This document shows, in pieces, positions 55,662 to 63,985 of a stretch of 64,000 nucleotides of DNA (position 1 is its first letter; each line of letters begins with the position of its first letter). The translations under genes were made by a program, and so were the position numbers. Under the pieces are notes generated by a model. It was not told where the DNA came from. It made no database searches and worked only from the letters and a program-made list of their open reading frames with translations. Source of the stretch: an uncultured Candidatus Moduliflexus sp. (GTDB lineage Bacteria; Moduliflexota; Moduliflexia; Moduliflexales; Moduliflexaceae); the NCBI GenBank assembly GCA_964602655.1, contig CAZRSF010000007.1:49708-113707 (forward strand), given 5' to 3'.

Positions 55662-56897
55662 ATGAAGAAGACCACAAGAAGCTGCGCCGGGATCGTCTCC
55701 CTGCTTGTGATGCTGTCTGGCTGGAACGCATTGGCAGAAGACGAGTTTGCGTCGAAACGCATGGATATTCATGGGTTCGTGTCGCAAGGATTGTTGAAAA
55801 GCGAACGGAATAATGTTTTTGCGGACACGAAAGACGGCACATTCCAGTTCAATGAATTCGGCCTGAATGTGACGGCAGAGTTGATCGAGCAATTACATGC
55901 GGGAATCCAGATATTTTCCAGAGATTTGGGGGACATCGGGAATAACGAACTGACCCTTGACTGGGCGTACGGCGACTATCGCTGGCGCGATTGGCTTGGG
56001 TTCCGCGCCGGAAAGATCAAAATCCCCTACGGGTTCTACAATGAGACGCGCGATATTGACATGCTGCGAACCAACATCTTTCTGCCGCCCAGCATCTATT
56101 ACGAAGGCAATCGAGATCGCCAGAACACGCTCATCGGCGGCGGCGTGTACGGCGATGTCTCTCTCGCGTCGTTGGGCACGTTCATCTATCAGTTGCAGAT
56201 TGGGGACGCCAATATGTCGTCGGACAGCAGCGACATGAAGTACGTGCGCGATGAAAACGCGACCCTGCTTACAATGGCGATTGATCGGCAGTACACGGCG
56301 GATGTGGAATGGGAAACCCCCATCGAAGGCTTGCGATTCGGAGGCTTTGCCATGCAAACGGATATGAGTATCGAGTTCGAAGAATCTACATCGTCAGAGA
56401 CTTCGACGACACCGACCGACACGACGCAAACGGCGCTAACAAGCGAGACTCCCGCGCCATCGGAATCGGCAATGTCGCCATCTGCTCCGGATGAAACGCA
56501 GAAATTTTATATCCTCTCGACAGAATATACGCGCGGAAATTTCGTCGTGTCTGGCGAATATTTGATCGCGCCGAATTCTCATGCGCCGGAGGGATACTAT
56601 CTTGGCGCATCCTACCGCCTGAACGACCGCTTCGAGGTCGGAGGGTATTACTCTGTCTTTTATGGTCAATCCGCCGATAAGGACGGGAAAAGACGCCAAG
56701 AACACGGCATGAACGATTATTCCGCCTGGCAGAAGGAATGGGTGGCAAGCGTGCGCGTTGACCTGAATACCTACTGGACGATCAAAGCGGAAGGTCATCT
56801 GATTGACGGCACGGCGCAAATCTTAACACAAGATAACCCGGACGAGATGACACAAGATTCCTATCTCTTCGCCCTGAAAACCTCCTACCACTTCTAA
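55662..56897 (+). CDS. outer-membrane beta-barrel (porin-like) protein
   Basis: Signal peptide ending ALAEDE, alternating amphipathic strands, and a C-terminal YHF (terminal aromatic). It carries an S/T/P-rich insert. Confidence 0.6.
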   Translation: MKKTTRSCAGIVSLLVMLSGWNALAEDEFASKRMDIHGFVSQGLLKSERNNVFADTKDGTFQFNEFGLNVTAELIEQLHAGIQIFSRDLGDIGNNELTLDWAYGDYRWRDWLGFRAGKIKIPYGFYNETRDIDMLRTNIFLPPSIYYEGNRDRQNTLIGGGVYGDVSLASLGTFIYQLQIGDANMSSDSSDMKYVRDENATLLTMAIDRQYTADVEWETPIEGLRFGGFAMQTDMSIEFEESTSSETSTTPTDTTQTALTSETPAPSESAMSPSAPDETQKFYILSTEYTRGNFVVSGEYLIAPNSHAPEGYYLGASYRLNDRFEVGGYYSVFYGQSADKDGKRRQEHGMNDYSAWQKEWVASVRVDLNTYWTIKAEGHLIDGTAQILTQDNPDEMTQDSYLFALKTSYHF

Positions 56898-57259
56898 CCG
56901 ACGACGCCCCCCTGGGCGAGGAGACTCGCCCCGACCATTTCCAGAACTACGCTGATTTTTTCACCTGCATGAAGCCCAGCGATAAATCGCCGGGCGCAAG
57001 AGCGATGTCAAAGATTTTCTGTGTGCTCTGCTCAGGGAGCGTGTCTCGCTGATAATGTCGCTGTGAGCTATTTTTTTATTGACATCCTGATCAGACCTTG
57101 TGTGATAGAGAGACGCTGCGATCATCGGCATGCGCAAAATAATCACGCAAGATCAGCGACGAATAACCGAAAGCGTCAGACACGTCAACCGCATTGGATA
57201 TTCTGTCGTAACCTTGCGTGTCAATACACGAACAACGCGAATGAACAAGGAGGCAGCTT

Positions 57260-57868
57260 ATGGGAATCTTCAATTTTTCGAAGAATGCGGGCAATGCCAT
57301 TTTCGGCGCAAAGAATCCGAACGCCGACGACATTAAGACACTGATTATCGAGTGGTTAGAACGGCAGAAAAGTCGAGTAGAAAACTTGATCGTCAAATAT
57401 GATAGCGGTCTCGTCACGCTGTGCGGCAATTGCGATACCGTGAAAACCAAAGAAAAAGCGATTTTAGTCGCCGGAAATATCGAGGGCGTCGAACGGGTGG
57501 ATGCGTCCGAATTGCTTGCGCCGCAGCCTGCGCCTCCGGTTCAGGAAACCACCAGAACGGTTGCTGCGCCGACACAACCTGCGCCCGCGCCGCAAGCGAA
57601 ACCGACGGCAACGCCAACTGCACCGCCGGCGGCTCCGCAAGCAAAACCCGCGCCAACGACGGCCCCTCAGCCGGAAGCGACGCAGTCCGCCGACAGCAGC
57701 GTCTTTTACACGATTCAGAAAGGGGATACGCTGTCGAAAGTTTCCAAACAGTTTTACGGCGACCCGAACAAATATCGCTATATTGTCGAAGAAAACAGCG
57801 GCGTCATCGAAGACGCGGACAAAATTTATCCGGGACAAACCATCCGCATCCCGCCGCTGCCAGCGTAA
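57260..57868 (+). CDS. BON plus LysM domain protein (Kbp/YgaU homolog) with a Pro/Ala-rich linker
   Basis: MGIFNFSKNAGNAIFG, KEKAILVAGNIEGVERVD and FYTIQKGDTLSKVSKQFYGDPNKY...IYPGQTIRIP parallel E. coli YgaU. Confidence 0.8.
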   Translation: MGIFNFSKNAGNAIFGAKNPNADDIKTLIIEWLERQKSRVENLIVKYDSGLVTLCGNCDTVKTKEKAILVAGNIEGVERVDASELLAPQPAPPVQETTRTVAAPTQPAPAPQAKPTATPTAPPAAPQAKPAPTTAPQPEATQSADSSVFYTIQKGDTLSKVSKQFYGDPNKYRYIVEENSGVIEDADKIYPGQTIRIPPLPA

Positions 57869-57880
57869 GATAACCATCCA

Positions 57881-57914
57881 AACCTCACAGGTTTCAGCAA
57901 CCTGTGAGGTTTTT
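57881..57914. terminator. bidirectional intrinsic terminator, AACCTCACAGGT family
   Basis: aacctcacaggtttcagcaacctgtgaggtt followed by a T-run, between convergent genes. Confidence 0.75.
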
Positions 57915-57916
57915 GC

Positions 57917-59083
57917 TTATGGCCGAGGGTAAAACTGGTCTATATTCTGCTGCGTGATAATCTCGTTTTCGACAAAAATATGCGACGGCACGGGCGCGCC
58001 ATCTAAAATCGCGCAGGCCGCCGGAATGAGGTATTCGCCGTATTTCTCCGGGAAAAACGCCACACCCGCGTCAGACAGCCCATCGCGAATCTGCGTCTTG
58101 CCTAAGTCGTCAACGCCGAGCGTTATAATAATCAAATTCTCGCGCTGCCAGCGTCCGGCCTCTTGAATCGCGGTAATCGCGCCGGACATCGTCTCTTCGT
58201 TAATCGAAGTCAGGGCGATGCGTTTCGCGTTCGGATGCGCGGCTAAGACTGTAGACATGGCAATTTGCGCCTGTTCCGGCAAGCCCATGCCGCCGTCGGC
58301 GCGCACGATCTTTTGTTCGACCTGGCTGCCGAACACCTCTTCGAGCACGGTCGCAAAGCCCTCGGAACGCAGCATGGTAATTTCGCCGCCAACACGCATT
58401 TGCAGCAAGACGACTAAATCAACGGCATCCCAGCCGCCCCATTTTTCAGTAATGAGCTGCGCCATGTATTTTCCGCCGAGCGTCGCGGCTTTCCAATCAT
58501 GTACGCCCATAAACGGCGCTCCCGGCACAGGAATATCTACGGCCAGAATCGGAATGCCCTCCTCAGCAAATTTAGCGGCAATGATATGATTGGCTTTGAC
58601 ATCAGCCTGATATTCGATAAACAAATCCGGCTGCTGCGCGAGCATCAAATCGGCATTTTTCAGCGCAACGTCGGCATCATATTTGTTATCAAGAATGATC
58701 AGGTTTTGCGTTTCGAATCCGGCCAATTTCGCCTGTCGGCGAATATCTTCTTCTACTTCGACGCCGAACGGCTCTGCGCTGAACACACTCGCAAATCCTA
58801 AGCGCCTGTTTTGCCCCGGCGTGTTCGTATAGGGCTCTCCGGCTTTCGCGCATTCGCGATAACATTCATACACCGCATACAACGAGTGCGGGGTATCGTT
58901 CGGCTCAGCATGGCGCTGCCGCAGCCTTCTGGCAAAGAGGTTCGGCCTGAATCGCAGTTTGCGAATGGCATCTTCGACTTTTGCGCGCGTAGCCTCGTCA
59001 ACCGGCGCGCTCTGATTCACAACGCGCGAGACGGTCATAATGGACACTCCGGCAAGTCTGGCCACATCTTTCATGGAACTCAT
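57917..59083 (-). CDS. LacI-type HTH regulator fused to a sugar-binding-protein-like domain through a ~50-aa insert
   Basis: MKDVARLAGVSIMTVSRVVN HTH. The C-terminal domain resembles Peripla_BP_4-type sugar binders. Confidence 0.75.
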   Translation of the reverse strand: MSSMKDVARLAGVSIMTVSRVVNQSAPVDEATRAKVEDAIRKLRFRPNLFARRLRQRHAEPNDTPHSLYAVYECYRECAKAGEPYTNTPGQNRRLGFASVFSAEPFGVEVEEDIRRQAKLAGFETQNLIILDNKYDADVALKNADLMLAQQPDLFIEYQADVKANHIIAAKFAEEGIPILAVDIPVPGAPFMGVHDWKAATLGGKYMAQLITEKWGGWDAVDLVVLLQMRVGGEITMLRSEGFATVLEEVFGSQVEQKIVRADGGMGLPEQAQIAMSTVLAAHPNAKRIALTSINEETMSGAITAIQEAGRWQRENLIIITLGVDDLGKTQIRDGLSDAGVAFFPEKYGEYLIPAACAILDGAPVPSHIFVENEIITQQNIDQFYPRP

Positions 59084-59125
59084 ACACAGATCATCCCTAT
59101 TCTCATCGTTTTTAACATATTAACT

Positions 59126-59144
59126 CTCACGTGAACGTTAACAT
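59126..59144. promoter_or_regulatory. operator-like site A (CTCACGTGAACGTTAACAT)
   Basis: Exact reverse complement of site B at 59254..59272. It contains a GTGAACGTTAAC pseudo-palindrome with an AACGTT core. Confidence 0.5.
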
Positions 59145-59253
59145 GGTCTGTTTTTTTGTCAAGATTTTTATGAACAATACAAGAACCGTCTTATAATTAA
59201 GGGTTAACAATAATTTACACCATCTAAAAATTTCCTTGACATCATACGATGAA

Positions 59254-59272
59254 ATGTTAACGTTCACGTGAG
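59254..59272. promoter_or_regulatory. operator-like site B (ATGTTAACGTTCACGTGAG)
   Basis: See site A. A perfect TATAAT at 59192..59197 lies between the two sites. Confidence 0.5.
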
Positions 59273-59375
59273 CGATAATGTTCTGTTGGAGAGTAGCATA
59301 ACTCAGCCCTGACAGAGGTTTCGCAAGCCTGCCAGAGCTACTCCGAATAACCATACATGCAAGGAGGCAAAAGCC

Positions 59376-59690
59376 ATGATAAGAAACGCGTTTACGATGA
59401 AATTGCACAAGGGCTTCGAAGCAGAATATAAAAAACGGCATGATGAAATCTGGCCGGAATTGGAGGCGGAACTGCAACAGGCCGGGATTTCGGATTATTC
59501 CATTTTTCTTGATGAAGAAACGCTGACCCTGTTCGCCGTGCAAAAGCTGACCGCCGATCACACCTCCGACAATCTTCCGAACACGGAGATCGTGAAAAAA
59601 TGGTGGGCGTACATGGGCGACATCATGGAGACCAACCCCGACAATTCGCCGGTCTGCAAACCGTTACGCGAAGTGTTCCATCTTGATTGA
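59376..59690 (+). CDS. rhaM: L-rhamnose mutarotase
   Basis: 104 aa, collinear with E. coli RhaM/YiiL (KRHDEIWPELEA, KKWWAYMGDIMETNPDNSP, REVFHLD). Confidence 0.9.
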   Translation: MIRNAFTMKLHKGFEAEYKKRHDEIWPELEAELQQAGISDYSIFLDEETLTLFAVQKLTADHTSDNLPNTEIVKKWWAYMGDIMETNPDNSPVCKPLREVFHLD

Positions 59691-60142
59691 TTTTAACGGC
59701 GCAGCGGTGAACTCCCCTTTTGGGAACAGGGCTGTGAAGTTCTACGGAAATAGAACGCCAAAGCTTGAGGGGTAGCCCTGCGTGTTTACCGGTAGCGCGG
59801 GGTTACGTCCCCGTACGAATCGTTTTCGATGTTCGGCTTCATCTTTGATCCCGTGCAATCGCAGCCGCGCGTCAAATTGAACGCGGTGACTTTCGTATAG
59901 TGAAAAAGAGCAACATGACGCTTGACATTATTTACGCTGATAATATCGGTATAGATAGGCGGAAATACAAGCCTGTCTTACGGTGTACCAGAAAATAATT
60001 TGCGCCGTCAACCGGCGTTTCATTGTCTTCATCTGTAGCAAAAGCAAGTGAGGGCAAACTTGACAACGCACAACCATCATTCACGCTGACAGAGTTTCAC
60101 CTGCCAGATCGTTCACAAACCCATTCCAAGGAGGGTATCTAT

Positions 60143-61873
60143 ATGGCAGAAGGCAAAACGTATGGCATCAAAAAAGGGTTGGTCGTTTCATTCGGCGCAT
60201 TATTAGCGGGGATTCTTGCTATTGGCGGCATCGCGTTTTTTCTGACGTTCCGCGTCACCGTTCCGGCGGGCTACATCGGCGTAATTAACGCCAAAACCGG
60301 CCAATCGCTTTCAGCAGGTCAAATTCTGGCAAAGCCGGGCGAAAAAGGCATCCGCGAAGATTTCCTGTCGCCCGGACGTTACTATTTTAACCCCTGGTCG
60401 TATTCTATCGAGATTCACCCTGAAATCAATATCCCCGGCGAAAAAATCGGCGTACAGGAATCGCTTGTCGGCGCTCCGCTGCCAGCCGGAGAAATTCTGG
60501 CAGAAGCCGGACAACAGGGCATTCAGCGCGAAATTCTCGGACCGGGCACATATCGGATCAATCCCTACGCCACGAAAATTCATTTATATGATAATCTCGT
60601 AATTCCCGCAGGCAAACTCGGCGTGCAGACGTCGCAAGTCGGGAAACCTCTGCCGACGGGCAAATTGCTCGCGGATGACGGCGAAAAAGGCGTGTTGCGC
60701 GGCACTTTGACGCCAGGCACGTATCGGATTAACCCGTTTCAAATCAAAGTAGATATTTACGACGCGATCAATATCCCCGCCGGGTCGGTCGGCGTGCAGG
60801 TCGCCAAAACCGGCAAAATCGCCGAGAAAGAATCCGTGTTGGTCGAGCCGGGCGAACGTGGCGTTCAGAAAAACCTGCTGCCCGCCGGGATGCACTATGT
60901 CAACCCGTATGAATACGATGTGATCGTGGTCAGCATTCAGGCGCAAAAGCTCGATATGGACGCGAATCTGAACACGAATATCACCACCAAAGAAGGTCAG
61001 GTGCTTGAAACCGAGGCGGTAGATTTTCCGTCCAAAGACGGTTTTCAGATCGTGTCCGACGTGACCGTCGAATGGAGCATTGACCCGAATCGCGTGGCCG
61101 AAGTGGTCGCCACCATCGGCATCGAAGACAAGATTATTGATAAAGTGATTCGCCCGAACGCGCGTTCGATTTCCCGCACCGAGGGGTCGAAATATGCCGC
61201 GAAAGACTTTATCGTCGGTATAGGTCGCGAGGAATTTCAACGAACGTTTTTCGATAAAATGAAACTCTCTTCGCAAGATCGCGGCATTCTCATTCATCGC
61301 GCCTTAATTCGCAAAATCACCGTGCCTGCGGAAATTTCCGAACCGATCAAGCAGTCGGTGATTGCGGTGGAAGAAAATCTGCGGAATCAGCAGCGTATCG
61401 AAACCGCGAAATCGGCGGCGCAGTTGGCGCAGGAAGAGGCGTTGGCCGAGCAGAACAAGCGGCGCGTGGAAGGCGAAACCAAGAAATTCGAAGTGCAATT
61501 GGAAGCGGAAGCCATCGCGGCGCAGGCGAATATCAAAGCCAAACAGCGGCTTGACGCGGCGAAAGTCAACTTAGAATCGTCGGAAATCGAAGCGCAGGCG
61601 ATTCTGAAAACCGGCACGGCGGAAGCGGATGTCATCAAGTTGAAGAAAACCGCCGAAGCCGAAGGATTGGCTGCGTCAGTCGGCGCGTTCGGCGACGCGA
61701 AAGCGTTTGCGATGTATCAATTCGCCAGCAAACTCGCGCCGAATATTCAGGTTGTCTTTGCTCCGGCAGGCGAAGGCACGCTCTGGAATTCGCTGGATGA
61801 TTTCTTTAAAATCGGCGAAACCGGCGCGGCGCTGAAACAGATGCAGCAGCAATCGCCGCAATCTCAAGAATAA
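60143..61873 (+). CDS. SPFH/Band-7 (flotillin-like) membrane protein with a reiterated N-terminal module
   Basis: Start chosen after an AAGGAGG RBS. N-terminal TM helix, four ~57-aa IPxGxxGVQ...PGTYRINP units, SPFH core, and an Ala/Glu/Gln-rich coiled coil. Confidence 0.8.
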   Translation: MAEGKTYGIKKGLVVSFGALLAGILAIGGIAFFLTFRVTVPAGYIGVINAKTGQSLSAGQILAKPGEKGIREDFLSPGRYYFNPWSYSIEIHPEINIPGEKIGVQESLVGAPLPAGEILAEAGQQGIQREILGPGTYRINPYATKIHLYDNLVIPAGKLGVQTSQVGKPLPTGKLLADDGEKGVLRGTLTPGTYRINPFQIKVDIYDAINIPAGSVGVQVAKTGKIAEKESVLVEPGERGVQKNLLPAGMHYVNPYEYDVIVVSIQAQKLDMDANLNTNITTKEGQVLETEAVDFPSKDGFQIVSDVTVEWSIDPNRVAEVVATIGIEDKIIDKVIRPNARSISRTEGSKYAAKDFIVGIGREEFQRTFFDKMKLSSQDRGILIHRALIRKITVPAEISEPIKQSVIAVEENLRNQQRIETAKSAAQLAQEEALAEQNKRRVEGETKKFEVQLEAEAIAAQANIKAKQRLDAAKVNLESSEIEAQAILKTGTAEADVIKLKKTAEAEGLAASVGAFGDAKAFAMYQFASKLAPNIQVVFAPAGEGTLWNSLDDFFKIGETGAALKQMQQQSPQSQE

Positions 61874-61879
61874 TTTCAA

Positions 61880-61914
61880 AAAACCTCACAGGTCTCAGAG
61901 ACCTGTGAGGTTTT
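61880..61914 (+). terminator. intrinsic terminator, AACCTCACAGGT family
   Basis: aaaacctcacaggtctcagagacctgtgaggtttt immediately after the SPFH gene stop. Confidence 0.75.
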
Positions 61915-61925
61915 AAGTTCTCTCT

Positions 61926-62351
61926 ATGCAAAACGAACTGTTCCACTACATCAAAAGTCTGAATGCCAGGCGTTCGCGGCAGCGGAAACTCGGCTGGGGC
62001 TTGATCGTCTTCGGCGTTCTGACCTATATTGACGGCGCGGCAGGCGTATCGCTCCCGCCGATCTGGTTGACCGGCCCGTTAGCGTTTTTGATCGGCACGC
62101 CGATTATCGTGGCTGGCGTCGGCGTCTTGCTCGTCTCCTACAAATTGCCGGTGCGGGAAGCGTTGATGTTTGCCGGTATGCAACAGGGCAAACTGACCGC
62201 TCCGGCCTTATCTATCGGCTTAGACATCACGCTTGACACTGCGGAAGAAATTCTGCGCCATTTGACGCAAAAAGGCTACGCGCAAGTCTCGTCCGAAGAT
62301 ATGGAAGACGGTTCTGTCGTCTATCAGATTTCCGGCGTCAGCCGTTTATAG
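61926..62351 (+). CDS. small two-TM membrane protein with a soluble C-terminal domain, function unknown
   Basis: 141 aa, two hydrophobic helices and a ~60-aa tail. It is followed by a CGGGA..TCCCG hairpin plus T-run at about 62358..62381. Confidence 0.5.
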   Translation: MQNELFHYIKSLNARRSRQRKLGWGLIVFGVLTYIDGAAGVSLPPIWLTGPLAFLIGTPIIVAGVGVLLVSYKLPVREALMFAGMQQGKLTAPALSIGLDITLDTAEEILRHLTQKGYAQVSSEDMEDGSVVYQISGVSRL

Positions 62352-62471
62352 GTAGAACGGGATTGCATTCCCGCTTTTTTCGTCAATCATTCGCGGCGGG
62401 AATGCCATCCCGCCCTACCAGAGGTAATTTATGGAAACCCAATTTGCAGCATTGAAGCCATTGATTGCGAT

Positions 62472-62645
62472 TAGACATCTTTCCTAAATAAATTCTTTCA
62501 GGCAGGGAGAACTCAAAAGTGCGACATTCGCGTGTTGAAACAGAAACGCTCATATTTGACTTCAGAGCCATTTTTTTGAACCATCCCATGTAAATTCCCC
62601 TATTCGCCTGACGAAAATATGGGAATTATTTAGGAAAGATGTCTA
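62472..62645 (-). mobile_element. 174-bp MITE, copy 2 (inverted relative to copy 1)
   Basis: Identical to the reverse complement of 19079..19252. It overlaps the first codons of the permease ORF. Confidence 0.85.
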
Positions 62646-63973
62646 TTGTGTTCGTATTGGTCTATGTCGGCTTAATCGCGTTCAAAAACAAGCGCCCGCA
62701 TGTCGTCTGGTCGGCCATCGCGATTCTGGTTGTCGCCATTCTCATCAAAATTCCGGGGCAGAACCTCGGCACGATTTTGCCGCAATTTCTCAAGGCGATT
62801 AGCTGGAATGTATTAGGAATTTTCACCGGCATGTCCATTATCGCGCAGTTATTCATCAAATCGAACGTGCCGACCTGGTTAGCGGACTGGTTTATTCTCC
62901 GTTCCAAAACAGCAGGTGTGGCGATGCTCTGGCTCTGTGCCTTAGCGTCGGGGATTTCGGCGTTTGTGGATAATGTCGCGACCGTGCTGATTGTCGCGCC
63001 GATTGCCTTAGCAATTGCGGAACGCTTGAAAGCCTCGCCCGTGCCTGTGTTGATCGGCATCGCGATTTCCTCGAATTTGCAGGGCATGGCAACGCTCGTC
63101 GGCGACCCGCCCAGCATGATTACAGCGGGTTTCATCTCTCGACATGGCACGAATTTCGGCTTCAACGAATTTTTCGTGTTCCAGGGGAAACCTTCGCTCT
63201 TTTTTGTCGTGCAATTCGGCGCGATTTTCGGCTTTTTGGTGTTATACTGGTTTTTTCGCGAGTACCGCCAGCCAGTTGCAAAACCAACCCCAGTCAAAAT
63301 CGAAAGCCTTGTGCCGACCGGCATTCTTCTTAGCGTCATCGCCTGCCTCGCAATGGCGACGAAATTCGATCCGAATTTTACCTATTTTGGCGGGATGGTT
63401 TGTATCCTCGGCGCATTGATCGGGCTGTTCTGGCATTATTTTTACGCCAGTGAAAAGCCCGACGGCTCGATAGATGGGGAAGCGGGATGGAATGCGAATG
63501 TCGAGATCGTGAAAACCTACGATATCGAAACGCCGCTGTTTCTGGCCGGAATCTTCATCTTAGTCTTTCTTGTCGAACAATCCGGCATGATCGGCGATAT
63601 CGCCGCGATGATTCAACGCCTGTTCGGCGCGAACCTCTTTCTGACGTTCACGATGATTGTCTGGATTTCCGTGCTGCTCAGCGGGTTTATTGACAATATT
63701 CCGTACATCATGGTGATGCTGCCGGTCACGGCGGAACTCGGAGCAAAACTTGGCGGCTCGGCGTTTTATGTGCTGGCCTTCGGCTTATTGGTGGGCGCAT
63801 GCCTCGGCGGCAACTGCACGCCGGTCGGCGCGTCCGCGAATGTCGTCACCATCGGCCTGCTACAGCGGCAGGGCTATTCCGTCAGTTTCGGCGAATTCAT
63901 GAAAATCGGCATTCCGTTTACGGTCGCCGCCACGTTCGCCGGGTATCTGTTTATCTGGTTTGTCTGGAGTTAA
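62639..63973 (+). CDS. ArsB/NhaD-superfamily (SLC13/CitMHS-like) permease
   Basis: 444-aa polytopic protein with ISAFVDNVATVLIVAPIA and SSNLQGMATLVGDPPSMI motifs. The ATG at 62639 and the alternative GTG at 62648 sit at the MITE edge. Confidence 0.75.
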   Translation: MSIVFVLVYVGLIAFKNKRPHVVWSAIAILVVAILIKIPGQNLGTILPQFLKAISWNVLGIFTGMSIIAQLFIKSNVPTWLADWFILRSKTAGVAMLWLCALASGISAFVDNVATVLIVAPIALAIAERLKASPVPVLIGIAISSNLQGMATLVGDPPSMITAGFISRHGTNFGFNEFFVFQGKPSLFFVVQFGAIFGFLVLYWFFREYRQPVAKPTPVKIESLVPTGILLSVIACLAMATKFDPNFTYFGGMVCILGALIGLFWHYFYASEKPDGSIDGEAGWNANVEIVKTYDIETPLFLAGIFILVFLVEQSGMIGDIAAMIQRLFGANLFLTFTMIVWISVLLSGFIDNIPYIMVMLPVTAELGAKLGGSAFYVLAFGLLVGACLGGNCTPVGASANVVTIGLLQRQGYSVSFGEFMKIGIPFTVAATFAGYLFIWFVWS

Positions 63974-63985
63974 TACGATTGGGTA

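Noticed and set aside
59691-60142. 450-bp leader upstream of the SPFH gene with several small hairpins (for example GGGGTTACGTCCCC). I considered it as a possible riboswitch or sRNA.
   Set aside because: I cannot match it to any riboswitch class from memory, and there is no terminator/antiterminator alternative that I can draw. Two TTGACA hexamers lack properly spaced -10 elements.
62383-62589. 68-aa ORF (MGWFKKMALKSNMSVSVSTRECRTFEFSLPERIYLGKMS...) and its twin inside the other MITE copy.
   Set aside because: The conserved part is only the ~38 codons inside the MITE. The two copies diverge as soon as they leave the element. There is no RBS or recognisable fold, so this is most likely incidental.
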